In this document: piece after piece, positions 9,745-18,135 of the stretch
Layout of the letters: each line of letters starts with the position of its first letter
Position numbering within the stretch: the stretch's first letter is position 1
Source of the DNA: Escherichia phage KKE5P
Sequence record: PQ356293.1
Strand: one strand, 5' to 3'
Length of the DNA: 39,118 bases
Program-made: the position numbers and the translations under genes
The notes under the pieces: model-generated
Databases searched by the model: none
Seen by the model: the letters and a program-made list of their open reading frames with translations, nothing else
What the model was told of the DNA's origin: nothing

Positions 9745-10836
9745 TTACATTTTCTCTTGAGGGTTGTCCTCGGTGCCACGGAACATTACGAACGATGGGT
9801 GACGCAGAGAACCATCGGGTGTTTCCTCCATGTAGCTGATTTGGCAAGCGTAGCTGTTGTACGGGTTGATGTCGTCCAGCGATTCCATACCGCACTCCTC
9901 GCGCTCAACGTCAGTCATGCAGTGGTTCCATACGTACATCCGTTCTTCGATAACCTTGGCGGTGAACTCGTCCATTAAGGCGCGAGAGATGTTTGTGGCG
10001 TTAACTACACGACCACTCTCAAGAAGCACCTCAAAACCAATCACTTTACCTTCATTAGCCAGACCTTTTGTACCCCATACCAGACCCTGAATGATTCCGT
10101 CAGCTTCGTTTTCAGGTTTCATTTTCCACCAGCCGGACTTCTTACCGCGCTTATAGATACACATCGGGTCTTTCACAATGAGACCCTCATGCCCTTCCGC
10201 TCGCTTCTGCTCGTACAGTTGCTGTAGTTCTACCATGTCGTAGACCTCGTAAGACTCAGCCGCTTGCCATTCGATTTCTGGAAAGTATTCCTGTAGCAGA
10301 GGCAGCATGTTCTTAACGTGTTCCTGCATGAGCAACGTCATGACATCGCAGTCTTCTCCAGACTCCACGAGGTGCAGTGGTAGGATAGCGTACAGTTTGA
10401 CTTGGAGTTTTGCGGCGTGTAAGTTGAACGGAACTTTATCTTTCTTACGGACTGGTTCAACGAATAACACTTCATGGAACTCTTGGTTCTTAGTGTCTGT
10501 CCATTTGGTGCGCAGTAGGCCAGACCCTGCGTTGAAGTCTACACCTTTGACCATGAGTTCCCCATCAAGCATAAAGCCATCCTTGTAGAAGCAACGGTCA
10601 TCGCTCAGTAAACGCTTCCAGCGAACATCGAATCCGTTTAAGTGCTCCAGTGCCGGAATCGTTTTAGATACACGAGAGAGCCAGCAACTGTTAGCAGTAT
10701 TGTCTACGCAGATGTTCCCACGCACACCATCGTACTTAATGTCAGCGATAAGATACCCAGCGTTATCCAGAGCTTTCTTAATGGAAGACTCTGCGAAAGA
10801 TGTTGCTTTAAACGGGTTGGTCTTAATGTTCATCAT
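9745..10836 (-). CDS. 1.3: ATP-dependent DNA ligase gp1.3, 363 aa
   Basis: MMNIKTNPFKATSFAESSIKKALDNAGYLIADIKYDGVRGNICVD... with KYDGVRG adenylation motif. Confidence 0.97.
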   Translation of the reverse strand: MMNIKTNPFKATSFAESSIKKALDNAGYLIADIKYDGVRGNICVDNTANSCWLSRVSKTIPALEHLNGFDVRWKRLLSDDRCFYKDGFMLDGELMVKGVDFNAGSGLLRTKWTDTKNQEFHEVLFVEPVRKKDKVPFNLHAAKLQVKLYAILPLHLVESGEDCDVMTLLMQEHVKNMLPLLQEYFPEIEWQAAESYEVYDMVELQQLYEQKRAEGHEGLIVKDPMCIYKRGKKSGWWKMKPENEADGIIQGLVWGTKGLANEGKVIGFEVLLESGRVVNATNISRALMDEFTAKVIEERMYVWNHCMTDVEREECGMESLDDINPYNSYACQISYMEETPDGSLRHPSFVMFRGTEDNPQEKM

Positions 10837-10859
10837 AGTGTTTATCTCCGTGTTTTGGT

Positions 10860-10897
10860 TAAATGACTAAGGCCACTCAATGAGCGACCTTAAGCAT
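10860..10897 (-). promoter_or_regulatory. RNase III processing hairpin (R1.3-like)
   Basis: taaggccactcaatgagcgaccttaag imperfect inverted repeat upstream of ligase. Confidence 0.5.
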
Positions 10898-10920
10898 TGT
10901 CCCTATACTGAGTCGTATTA
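10898..10920 (-). promoter_or_regulatory. T7-RNAP promoter phi1.3
   Basis: Promoter-sense taatacgactcagtatagggaca (characteristic G at -5). Confidence 0.85.
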
Positions 10921-11175
10921 CTTCCAGTCCTTCAACTGGTCGTACATATGGTTCAACCAAGCGGTTCCCATGTTGTACAATACGTCTTCATCGCGATGGA
11001 AGAATGTTCTGGAGTCAATCATGTTCCCAGTACGGTCTTCAATCCGAAGGTGCATGGTCTCCTTTATGTTTGGTGAACCTTCCTGCTCAACAACTATAAC
11101 AGCAAGGTCCAACTGGTAGAGCCTGTTGCAAGCAGCTTTGAGGTCATTCAGATTCCCACTGTATAAGCGTCCCAT
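10918..11175 (-). CDS. 1.2: gp1.2 (dGTPase inhibitor), 85 aa
   Basis: MGRLYSGNLNDLKAACNRLYQLDLAVIVVEQEGSPNIKETMHLRIEDRTGN... Confidence 0.9.
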   Translation of the reverse strand: MGRLYSGNLNDLKAACNRLYQLDLAVIVVEQEGSPNIKETMHLRIEDRTGNMIDSRTFFHRDEDVLYNMGTAWLNHMYDQLKDWK

Positions 11176-11176
11176 C

Positions 11177-11305
11177 TTACTGGCCCTCCCAGCTACGCTT
11201 ATGTGAGCGGTCGCGCTTGGTCTTATTCAACTTGCGACCTTTGGTTGCCTCGAAGTCATGAGCGTTACGGTTAGAACGTTTGGTCATCTTTTCGAAGTTA
11301 CGCAT
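11177..11305 (-). CDS. 1.1: gp1.1, 42 aa basic protein
   Basis: Hand translation MRNFEKMTKRSNRNAHDFEATKGRKLNKTKRDRSHKRSWEGQ. Confidence 0.65.
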   Translation of the reverse strand: MRNFEKMTKRSNRNAHDFEATKGRKLNKTKRDRSHKRSWEGQ

Positions 11306-11383
11306 ACTTAAAATCCTCTATTAGTAATTCTTTAATTTAAATCTCTAATTAACACTTAAGGGTCTTAAAGTTAAACCTTAAGG
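11306..11383 (-). other. AT-rich region adjacent to phi1.1A/phi1.1B (likely primary replication origin element)
   Basis: AT-rich stretch ttaaaatcctctattagtaattctttaatttaaatctctaattaa; by analogy to the T7 primary origin. Confidence 0.4.
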
Positions 11384-11406
11384 TTCTCCTATAGTGAGTC
11401 GTATTA
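11384..11406 (-). promoter_or_regulatory. T7-RNAP promoter phi1.1B
   Basis: Promoter-sense taatacgactcactataggagaa. Confidence 0.85.
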
Positions 11407-11458
11407 ACCGGAAGAAGGTCAACCATAAAGGCCACTCTTGCGAATGACCTTGAGTTTG
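11407..11458 (-). promoter_or_regulatory. RNase III processing hairpin (R1.1-like)
   Basis: accataaaggccactcttgcgaatgaccttgagtttg between the two 1.1 promoters. Confidence 0.55.
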
Positions 11459-11481
11459 TCCCTCTATAGTGAGTCGTATTA
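11459..11481 (-). promoter_or_regulatory. T7-RNAP promoter phi1.1A
   Basis: Promoter-sense taatacgactcactatagaggga. Confidence 0.85.
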
Positions 11482-11489
11482 ATTTGACG

Positions 11490-14141
11490 TTACGCGAACG
11501 CGAAGTCTGACTTAAGGATGTCTTGGAGGTTCAAGTTACCTTTAGCCGGAAGTGCTGGCATTTTGTCCAATTGAGACTCATGCAACTGGTCAGCGAACTG
11601 GTCGTAGAAGTCAGCCAGTACATCGCAGGACTCGTAGGTGTCAACCATAGTTTCGCGCACAGCTTTGAACAGGTTGGCAGCGTCAGCAGGAATTGTCCCG
11701 AAGGAGTCATGAATAAGTGCAAACGATTCGATTCCGTACTTCTCGTGTGCCCACACTACAGTCTTACGCAGGTGGCTACCATCTTGACTATGCACAAAGT
11801 TAGGAGCAATACCAGACTCCTGTTTGTGTGCGTCAATCTCGCTATCTTTGTTGGTGTTAATGGTCGGCTGTAGACGGAACTGACCGAGGAACATCAGGTT
11901 CAAGCGAGTCTGAATGGGCTTCTTGTATTCCTGCCACACAGGGAAACCATCAGGAGTTACCCAATGCACCGCGCAACGCTTGCGTAGAATCTCCCCAGTA
12001 TTCTTATCTTTGACCTCAGCAGCCAGCAGCTTAGCAGCAGACTTGAGCCAGTTCATTGCCTCCACAGCGGCTACCACAGTCACGCTCACAGATTCCCAAA
12101 TCAGTTTCGCCATGTATCCAGCAGCCTGATTCGGTTGCGTGAACATCAGACCCTTACCGGAATCGATGGCTGGCTGAATGGTATCTTCCAGCACTTGTTG
12201 GCGGAATCCGAACTCTTTGGAACCATAGGCCAGCGTCATGACTGAACGCTTAGTGACGCTACGAGTAACACCGTAAGCCAGCCACTGACCAGCCAGAGCC
12301 TTAGTGCCCAGCTTGACTTTCTCAGAGATTTCCCCAGTGTTCTCGTCGGTCACAGTAACTACTTCGTTGTCGGTCCCGTTGATTGCATCTGCTTGTAGAA
12401 TCTCATTGACTTTCTTAGCGACAATCCCGTAGATGTCCTGTACGGTTTCGCTAGGCAGTAAGTTAACTGCACGACCGCCCACCTCATCACGGAGCATCGC
12501 GGAGAAGTGTTGAATACCAGAGCAAGACCCGTCGAACGCCAGAGGCAGCGAGCAGTTGTAGCTCAGGCCGTGATGTTGCACCCCAGCGTACTCAAAGCAG
12601 AACGCAAGGAAGCAGAACGGAGAATCTTGCTCAGCCCACCAAGTGTTCTCAAGTGGAGACTTAGCGCAAGCCATGATGTTCTCGTGGTTGTCCTCAATGA
12701 ACTTGATGCGCTCAGGGAACGGAACCTTATCGACACCAGCGCAGTTTGCACCGTGGATTTTCAGCCAGTAGTAACCCTCCTTGCCGATTGGTTTACCTTT
12801 AGCCAGCGTCAGCAGACCCTTGGTCATGTCGTTACCTTGCGGGTTGAACATTGACACAGCATAAACACGACCGCGCCAGTCCATGTTGTAAGGGAACCAG
12901 ATGGCCTTATGGTTAGCGAACTTGTTGGCTTGCTCAAGCATGAACTCAAGGCTGATACGGCGAGACTTGCGTGCCTTGTCTTTGCGGTATACGGCAGCGG
13001 CAGCACGTTTCCAAGCGGTGAGCGCCTCAGGATTCGTGTCGATGTCTTCCGGTTTCATCGGGAGTTCTTCGCGTTCAATCGCTGGGATGTCTTCGACTGG
13101 GCAGTGCTTCCACTTGGTGATTACGTTGGCGACCGCTAGAACTTTCTTGTTGATTTTCCAAGCGGTGTTTTGCGCAATGTTAATCGCTTTGTACACCTCA
13201 GGCATGTAAACGTCTTCGTAGCGCATCAGTGCTTTCTTGCTGTGAGTGCGCACCAGCGCCAGAGGACGGCGACCGTTAGCCCAATATCCACCCCCAGTAA
13301 TACCAGTCCAAGGCTTAGGAGGAACTACGCAAGGTTGGAACATCGGAGAGATACCAGCCAGTGCCCCAGCGCGAGTAGCGATAGCCTCAGCGTATTCAGG
13401 CGCGAGTTCGATAGTCTCAGAGTCTTGGCCCACTACGCCAGCGTTTTGGCGGTGCAAGTTAACCATTCCGGTTGACTCAATGAGCATCTCAATGCAGCGC
13501 ACGCCTACGTGAATGGAGTCCTCCTTGTGCCACGAAGACCACGCCTCGCCACCCATCAGACCCTTAGAGAGCATATCAGCTTCGACAACCTGCATGAATG
13601 CTTTCTTGTAGACGTGTCCTACTCGCTTGTTGAGTTGTTCCTCAACGTTTTTCTTGAAGTGCTTAGCTTCAAGGTCACGGATTCGACCAAAGCGCGCCTC
13701 ATCCTCAATGGCCCGACCGATTGCGCTTGCTACAGCCTGAACGGTTGTATTGTCTGCACTGGTTAGACAAGCAAGGGTGGTCTTGATGGTGATGTACGCT
13801 ACCGCTTCCGGCTTGATTTCTTGCAGGAACTGGAAGGCTGTCGGGCGTTTGCCGCGCTTAGCTTTCACTTCCTCAAACCAATCGTTGATGCGTGCAATCA
13901 TCTTAGGGAGAAGGGTAGTAATGAGAGGCTTAGCGGCAGAGTTATCCGCAACCTCACCAGCTTTAAGTTGACGCTCAAACATCTTGCGGAAGCGTTCTTC
14001 ACCCATCTCGTAAGACTCATGCTCAAGGGCCAACTGTTCGCGAGCCAAACGCTCACCGTAGTGGTCAGCCAGAGTGTTGAACGGAATAGCAGCAAGTTCG
14101 ATGTCAGAGAAGTCGTTCTTAGCGATGTTAATCGTGTTCAT
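11490..14141 (-). CDS. 1: Single-subunit DNA-dependent RNA polymerase gp1, 883 aa
   Basis: Near-identical from memory to T7 RNAP along full length (MNTINIAKNDFSDIELAAIPFNTLADHYGERLAREQLALEHESYEMGE... to ...SDFAFA). Confidence 0.99.
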   Translation of the reverse strand: MNTINIAKNDFSDIELAAIPFNTLADHYGERLAREQLALEHESYEMGEERFRKMFERQLKAGEVADNSAAKPLITTLLPKMIARINDWFEEVKAKRGKRPTAFQFLQEIKPEAVAYITIKTTLACLTSADNTTVQAVASAIGRAIEDEARFGRIRDLEAKHFKKNVEEQLNKRVGHVYKKAFMQVVEADMLSKGLMGGEAWSSWHKEDSIHVGVRCIEMLIESTGMVNLHRQNAGVVGQDSETIELAPEYAEAIATRAGALAGISPMFQPCVVPPKPWTGITGGGYWANGRRPLALVRTHSKKALMRYEDVYMPEVYKAINIAQNTAWKINKKVLAVANVITKWKHCPVEDIPAIEREELPMKPEDIDTNPEALTAWKRAAAAVYRKDKARKSRRISLEFMLEQANKFANHKAIWFPYNMDWRGRVYAVSMFNPQGNDMTKGLLTLAKGKPIGKEGYYWLKIHGANCAGVDKVPFPERIKFIEDNHENIMACAKSPLENTWWAEQDSPFCFLAFCFEYAGVQHHGLSYNCSLPLAFDGSCSGIQHFSAMLRDEVGGRAVNLLPSETVQDIYGIVAKKVNEILQADAINGTDNEVVTVTDENTGEISEKVKLGTKALAGQWLAYGVTRSVTKRSVMTLAYGSKEFGFRQQVLEDTIQPAIDSGKGLMFTQPNQAAGYMAKLIWESVSVTVVAAVEAMNWLKSAAKLLAAEVKDKNTGEILRKRCAVHWVTPDGFPVWQEYKKPIQTRLNLMFLGQFRLQPTINTNKDSEIDAHKQESGIAPNFVHSQDGSHLRKTVVWAHEKYGIESFALIHDSFGTIPADAANLFKAVRETMVDTYESCDVLADFYDQFADQLHESQLDKMPALPAKGNLNLQDILKSDFAFA

Positions 14142-14159
14142 TTAGTGCCTCTTCCAATT

Positions 14160-14212
14160 AATAAATCGTATCTATTCAGGCCACCCGTAGATGACCTGTA
14201 AGATAAGACTAT
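14160..14212 (-). promoter_or_regulatory. RNase III processing hairpin (R1-like) upstream of gene 1
   Basis: Phage-sense ttatcttacaggtcatctacgggtggcctgaatag. Confidence 0.55.
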
Positions 14213-15291
14213 CAGCCCATAAACATTGCGTCAAGTTTCTTATCGATGTTAAGTGCGCGACCACCAGCGATAGCCATTCTGTCAACGTTGTGCCAATGCG
14301 CTGCAATTCGTTCCTCAAGAGCCTTAAAGTCCATAGCGAACATATTGTCGCAGAGCATAGCGATATTGGTCCATCCCATTACATTCACAGCCACCTCATG
14401 GTTACGAAGTTCTTGGCGCTCAGCCATGCGCAACTCAGCAAGCATTCTCTTGCGTTTCGCTTGGTGTGCTTTACGTGCCTTACGGTTACGGCGCTTTACT
14501 TTGCGTGCCTCCAATCGGCCCACATGACGTGCCTTACGTTCCTTAGCGCGGTCGATTACTTTCTGTCGTGCGGCCTCCTCGACTTCCCTAATGAGTTCCT
14601 CAGGGTCAATGCTGAATGCGCCACCGTCTTTCTTCTGAGAGAATGACACAGGGTCGGTAATGTACGGTACATCGTTATCATCGAACATGATGTTGCCACT
14701 GTGCATGTCAAACGATGCGATTCCCTCAAAGAACTTGCGGATTAGCTTGCAAGTCTCGACGAACTCGCCATCCCATCCAGTTAACCCATCGTGCGCACCT
14801 GATTTGTAGTCAATGATGTCTCTTGCAATCTCAGCATACTTCTCGTGAGTGTCATTACCCCACGATTCACAGTCGTTGAGCGCATCCAGCACCACCGTAT
14901 AGCATCCAGCGTGGCGCTGTACATCGTAGACGTTAGGGATACCAGCGCGACCCTGATACATGCGGCAGAATGCGGTATATGCAGCGCCTGAGTCCTCTTT
15001 CTTAAAGCCCACCTTAATCACTCTGTTAGGCAGCAGCGGGTGTCTATAAGCAGCCGAGAAGTGACCATTACCGAGCATCTTAAACCCTGCGTCAGCCGTG
15101 AGACACTTCAAGGTAGTCCACCAATCTTGGTGCTCAAGTGCCTGATTCAGTTCGGTTAACTCCCCATCGCATGTTTCGCTGTTGACCATCTCGACCAGCA
15201 AGTCGATGAGCATACCTTGGCGCTTGTTAAGTTCACAGATTGGCAGTGCTTTGATTGCGTCGATAGCGTTCATGATGTCGGTGATGTTCAC
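14212..15291 (-). CDS. 0.7: Protein kinase / host shut-off protein gp0.7, about 359 aa (apparent GTG start)
   Basis: (V)[49 protein letters not shown]...; T7-type start aligns to GTG at 15289..15291 with GGAGA upstream. Confidence 0.85.
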   Translation of the reverse strand: MNITDIMNAIDAIKALPICELNKRQGMLIDLLVEMVNSETCDGELTELNQALEHQDWWTTLKCLTADAGFKMLGNGHFSAAYRHPLLPNRVIKVGFKKEDSGAAYTAFCRMYQGRAGIPNVYDVQRHAGCYTVVLDALNDCESWGNDTHEKYAEIARDIIDYKSGAHDGLTGWDGEFVETCKLIRKFFEGIASFDMHSGNIMFDDNDVPYITDPVSFSQKKDGGAFSIDPEELIREVEEAARQKVIDRAKERKARHVGRLEARKVKRRNRKARKAHQAKRKRMLAELRMAERQELRNHEVAVNVMGWTNIAMLCDNMFAMDFKALEERIAAHWHNVDRMAIAGGRALNIDKKLDAMFMG

Positions 15292-15310
15292 TTTGTGTAT
15301 TCTCCAAATG

Positions 15311-15448
15311 TTAGATGTTGTTGAGCTTGCGGTTAGTGCGTAGTTCACGCTTAAGGCGTTCGATTCGCTGTTTCATTGCGAACCCATCAGGCGTGCATAC
15401 AGTTGCCCCGTTGGGCGTGTGGATAGGCATAACGTAGTGTTTCAGCAT
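15311..15448 (-). CDS. Small early protein, 45 aa (gene 0.6-position)
   Basis: Hand translation [45 protein letters not shown]; assignment by position only. Confidence 0.45.
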   Translation of the reverse strand: MLKHYVMPIHTPNGATVCTPDGFAMKQRIERLKRELRTNRKLNNI

Positions 15449-15576
15449 TTGCGTAGTGCCCCCGTTACGATGCAAGCGACCAAGTAAGCGCCTACAGCCA
15501 CACCTAAAGCCTTCCCAAAGGATGCACCTACAGCTAGACCAAGAGCGGTTAGCAGACCGATAGTAAGCATAGACAT
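15442..15576 (-). CDS. Small hydrophobic early protein, 44 aa (gene 0.5-position)
   Basis: [44 protein letters not shown] after GAGGGA SD; track ORF 15442..15684 trimmed. Confidence 0.5.
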   Translation of the reverse strand: MSMLTIGLLTALGLAVGASFGKALGVAVGAYLVACIVTGALRKC

Positions 15577-15590
15577 TACTCCCTCGTAAG

Positions 15591-15647
15591 TAAAGTGATA
15601 ATCATAAAGGCCACTCATTAGGAGCGACCTTGAGTTTACCACTTGGT
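15591..15647 (-). promoter_or_regulatory. RNase III-type processing hairpin, copy A
   Basis: Contains agtgataatcataaaggccactc, a 23-nt string repeated exactly at 15889..15911. Confidence 0.5.
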
Positions 15648-15664
15648 AGACTTGAAGCCTGTTG

Positions 15665-15865
15665 TCAATCGTTCCAACCCGCACATGTTGCTTGGTGTAT
15701 CACACAGGCTTGATACTCCTCTTGCGCTAAAATCGGGTTCACCCAAAATGTGACCTGTTTGCCGTATCGCACAACGTAGGAGCATCCCATTGACCCGTGG
15801 TAATACTCACGCAGCGTTACAGTGCATTGGCCTTTGATTTTAGATGTTGCCAGAAGTTTACTCAT
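15665..15865 (-). CDS. Hypothetical early protein, 66 aa (MSKLLATSKIKGQCTVTLREYYHGSMGCSYVV...)
   Basis: ATG at 15863..15865; lies between two near-identical RNase III-type hairpins; track ORF 15665..15937 trimmed. Confidence 0.5.
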   Translation of the reverse strand: MSKLLATSKIKGQCTVTLREYYHGSMGCSYVVRYGKQVTFWVNPILAQEEYQACVIHQATCAGWND

Positions 15866-15886
15866 GGTGTTAGTCCTATAGCGTGT

Positions 15887-15940
15887 TAAGTGATAATCAT
15901 AAAGGCCACTCGCATGGAGCGACCTTGAGCCTATCACTCA
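15887..15940 (-). promoter_or_regulatory. RNase III-type processing hairpin, copy B
   Basis: gtgataatcataaaggccactcgcatggagcgaccttgagcctatcac; paralogous to copy A. Confidence 0.5.
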
Positions 15941-16086
15941 GCAGACTCCAAGGCAATAGCCTTGTTGTTTTCGTACAGTTCCTTGAGGTGTTCCATTGCG
16001 AGCGACCAGTTAAAGCCACAGCGCACCATATCGCTATAGAACAGTACAGTTTGAGCGGTCAGACCATATTGCACGTTGTTAGCCAT
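15934..16086 (-). CDS. 0.4: gp0.4, 50 aa
   Basis: Hand translation [50 protein letters not shown]; start overlaps ocr stop (TAATG). Confidence 0.65.
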   Translation of the reverse strand: MANNVQYGLTAQTVLFYSDMVRCGFNWSLAMEHLKELYENNKAIALESAE

Positions 16087-16490
16087 TACTCTTCATCCTC
16101 CTCATGGCCTTCCTCTTCCTCGACTTCCTCAGGGCACTCGTTCAGCAAGTCCTCGACTTCCTCGACTTCCTCAAGGTACTCGTTCAGCAAGTCCTCAGCG
16201 TCTTCCCAGAGGTCAATCGTGAGTTGCTCATAGATACGTGCTTGCAGGATACGGATTACGTCCTTGGTGTCCGGCATCAGACCAGAGTCTTCGAACTCAA
16301 GGTCAATGCCCTCGCTTGCCATTACATTGAAAACGTCACTGTAATAGTGCGGAACGGCGTTATCGGCAGCATCATGAATAGCATCGTGCAGGTCATCAGT
16401 GTCGCGGATGTCATCATAACGGATGTTTTCTTTCAGCATTTCGTAAGCGTGGTCGAAAACGTTGCGATAAGTCATGTTAGACATAGACAT
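16086..16490 (-). CDS. 0.3: Ocr, DNA-mimic anti-restriction protein gp0.3, 134 aa (extended acidic tail)
   Basis: [50 protein letters not shown]... matches T7 Ocr; about 17 aa longer at C-terminus. Confidence 0.9.
   Translation of the reverse strand: MSMSNMTYRNVFDHAYEMLKENIRYDDIRDTDDLHDAIHDAADNAVPHYYSDVFNVMASEGIDLEFEDSGLMPDTKDVIRILQARIYEQLTIDLWEDAEDLLNEYLEEVEEVEDLLNECPEEVEEEEGHEEDEE
16121..16197. repeat. Tandem duplication (period 42 bp) inside the ocr 3' end
   Basis: cgacttcctcagggcactcgttcagcaagtcct at 16121..16153 recurs with two substitutions at 16163..16195. Confidence 0.8.
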
Positions 16491-16510
16491 TTGTGTTACC
16501 TCGTGCAGTT

Positions 16511-16560
16511 GTTAGTGAATATCATAAAGGGCACCTTGCGATACCCTTGAGTTATCCGCT
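16511..16560 (-). promoter_or_regulatory. RNase III processing hairpin (R0.3-like)
   Basis: gtgaatatcataaagggcaccttgcgatacccttgagttatc upstream of ocr. Confidence 0.5.
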
Positions 16561-16757
16561 AGTCATGCACTCAAGAGTTATTTACCAGATTGTTAAAGAA
16601 CTTTAGGCTACAGTTTCGTCGAGCCGAGGCTATTTCAGTGTTAGCCGTCACTTGCATTATAAGTGCGACAAGCTCTTTATTATCGTGGTCGCTTGTGCTT
16701 TCGCCATCTATCCACTATGTCGCGTTTTTACACCTACGACACTCGGTGTCTTTCATG

Positions 16758-16798
16758 TGGTACATCGTACCGTGTTTACTTCTTGTTGTCAACCGTTT
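16758..16798 (-). promoter_or_regulatory. Host sigma70 early promoter A3
   Basis: Phage-sense TTGACA (-35) and TACGAT (-10) with 17-bp spacer. Confidence 0.6.
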
Positions 16799-16867
16799 TG
16801 TTTCACCTTATGTGCCGTGGTGCGCTTAAGTCACCTAGAAGACACCGTTTGTCCGGCTGACGTTACG

Positions 16868-16908
16868 TTGTGTATCTTACTGCATGTTACTTCTTGTTGT
16901 CAATGCCT
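16868..16908 (-). promoter_or_regulatory. Host sigma70 early promoter A2
   Basis: Phage-sense TTGACA (-35) and TAAGAT (-10). Confidence 0.6.
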
Positions 16909-16994
16909 GTTTTTCGTATGACTTATCAGGCTGTCTACTTATCCGGTTGACTCCGGTATCTCAGGGAGTGGCTTTAAGGCCGTTGTCCCGTTGA

Positions 16995-17035
16995 CGTGAT
17001 GAATAGTAAACGGTAGGACTCTTTAAGTCAATACT
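16995..17035 (-). promoter_or_regulatory. Host sigma70 early promoter A1
   Basis: Phage-sense TTGACT (-35) and TACTAT (-10) with 17-bp spacer. Confidence 0.6.
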
Positions 17036-17085
17036 CTTTTTAAAATTCTTTAATTTCTCCCCCTTTAAGGCCTCTTTAAGTAGTC

Positions 17086-17108
17086 TCTCCCTATAGTGAG
17101 TTGTATTA
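17086..17108 (-). promoter_or_regulatory. T7-RNAP promoter phiOL
   Basis: Promoter-sense taatacaactcactatagggaga. Confidence 0.75.
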
Positions 17109-17109
17109 A

Positions 17110-17330
17110 AGACAATGATTAAAGGTGTCTCTTTATAGGTAACAACAAGGCGTCTTTAGGTATGGTCTTTAGGTATGGTCTTTAGGTGGAGTCTTTAGAA
17201 GATACTTTAAGATGGGGATTGACTGAATGGGTCTTTAGGTGTAGTCTTTAGGATGTAGGCGGTAGGAATGACTTTAGGAGGTGACTTTAGGAGGATACTT
17301 TAGGAGACTGAACAGATAGGGACACAGAGA
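17110..17330. repeat. Array of about 10 CCTAAAG (plus-strand CTTTAGG) heptamers at about 11-12 bp spacing, left-end side
   Basis: Repeated ctttagg in gtctttaggtatggtctttaggtatggtctttaggtggagtctttag... Confidence 0.7.
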
Positions 17331-17487
17331 GACACTCAAGGTAACACCCAAAGGGACAACTCAAGGTAAACCATAAGGCCATCCCAACCCTTAGGGAACC
17401 CTCAAGGTCAACTGAAAGTTGACTCAAGGTGATTGGCTGGGCTTAAGGGACCCCTATGGGGGAACTTTGGGTTCTTAAACTGTGAGA
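17328..17487. repeat. Probable direct terminal repeat (single collapsed copy); physical left end near 17487
   Basis: RC of 17480..17487 is TCTCACAG, the T7 left-terminal sequence; downstream about 85 percent similar to T7 bases 1-200 from memory; length by analogy. Confidence 0.5.
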
Positions 17488-17489
17488 TA

Positions 17490-17660
17490 GTCACTCAGAT
17501 TTTTATGGTATATTTTAAAGGGCCCTCTAGGAACTCCTCAGGCCCTCTCTAGGACCCTCTTTAGGTGACACTGATAGGATGGCCTATCTTTAGGTATAGA
17601 CCTTACGGATAGACCATTAGAGGCTCTTTATGGGTATACTTTAGGACTTGACTCTATAGG
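17490..17660. repeat. Heptamer-like repeats (ctttagg / ctctagg) on the right-end side of the terminal repeat
   Basis: ccctctaggaactcctcaggccctctctaggaccctctttaggtgacac... Confidence 0.55.
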
Positions 17661-17727
17661 GATGAAGTGGTGTGATGCAATCATACCGCTGAATCCCTCG
17701 GTGAGCCATCAGTCGGTCAGGAAGACC

Positions 17728-17877
17728 CTAATCACTACAAGTGAGTATAGAGCAAACGGTAGACTCCAGTGAACTGAGGTCTCCAGTAAGAGATGCGTAC
17801 CCAAGGGCAGCACAAAGTACCACAAGAAAGCGGTAGGTGACTCTATGCCGCAGTAGGTTCAACAATAAGCGGAACAT
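17728..17877 (-). CDS. 19.5: gp19.5, 49 aa
   Basis: Hand translation MFRLLLNLLRHRVTYRFLVVLCAALGYASLTGDLSSLESTVCSILTCSD. Confidence 0.6.
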   Translation of the reverse strand: MFRLLLNLLRHRVTYRFLVVLCAALGYASLTGDLSSLESTVCSILTCSD

Positions 17878-18031
17878 GAGTCTCCTCCCTTTATGTTGGA
17901 CTTTAAGTTAAGGTGATATTAATACAATATAATCACCATTCTTAGAGGACACTTTAGGTACACCACTATGCATACTTTATGCACTCTATAAGTATTCATT
18001 CAGTATCTATATAGTAACCTTTCGTCCCTCC

Positions 18032-18054
18032 TCTCCCTATAGTGAGTCGTATTA
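18032..18054 (-). promoter_or_regulatory. T7-RNAP promoter phiOR
   Basis: Promoter-sense taatacgactcactatagggaga (exact consensus). Confidence 0.85.
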
Positions 18055-18135
18055 ATTTATCGTGTCTTTTCAGTAACTTAAGGAACTGACCATCCATGGT
18101 CTATAATGCATCCCTATGCAGTCCTAATGCATAAA

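Noticed and set aside
16590-16921. Plus-strand ORFs (79-89 aa) in the early promoter region
   Set aside because: They overlap the A2/A3 promoter block and are on the non-transcribed strand; no RBS
17110-17330. Regularly spaced short repeats that could be mistaken for a CRISPR array
   Set aside because: Repeat unit is only 7 bp with about 11-12 bp period, no spacers of CRISPR length, and it matches the known heptamer arrays near T7-type genome ends
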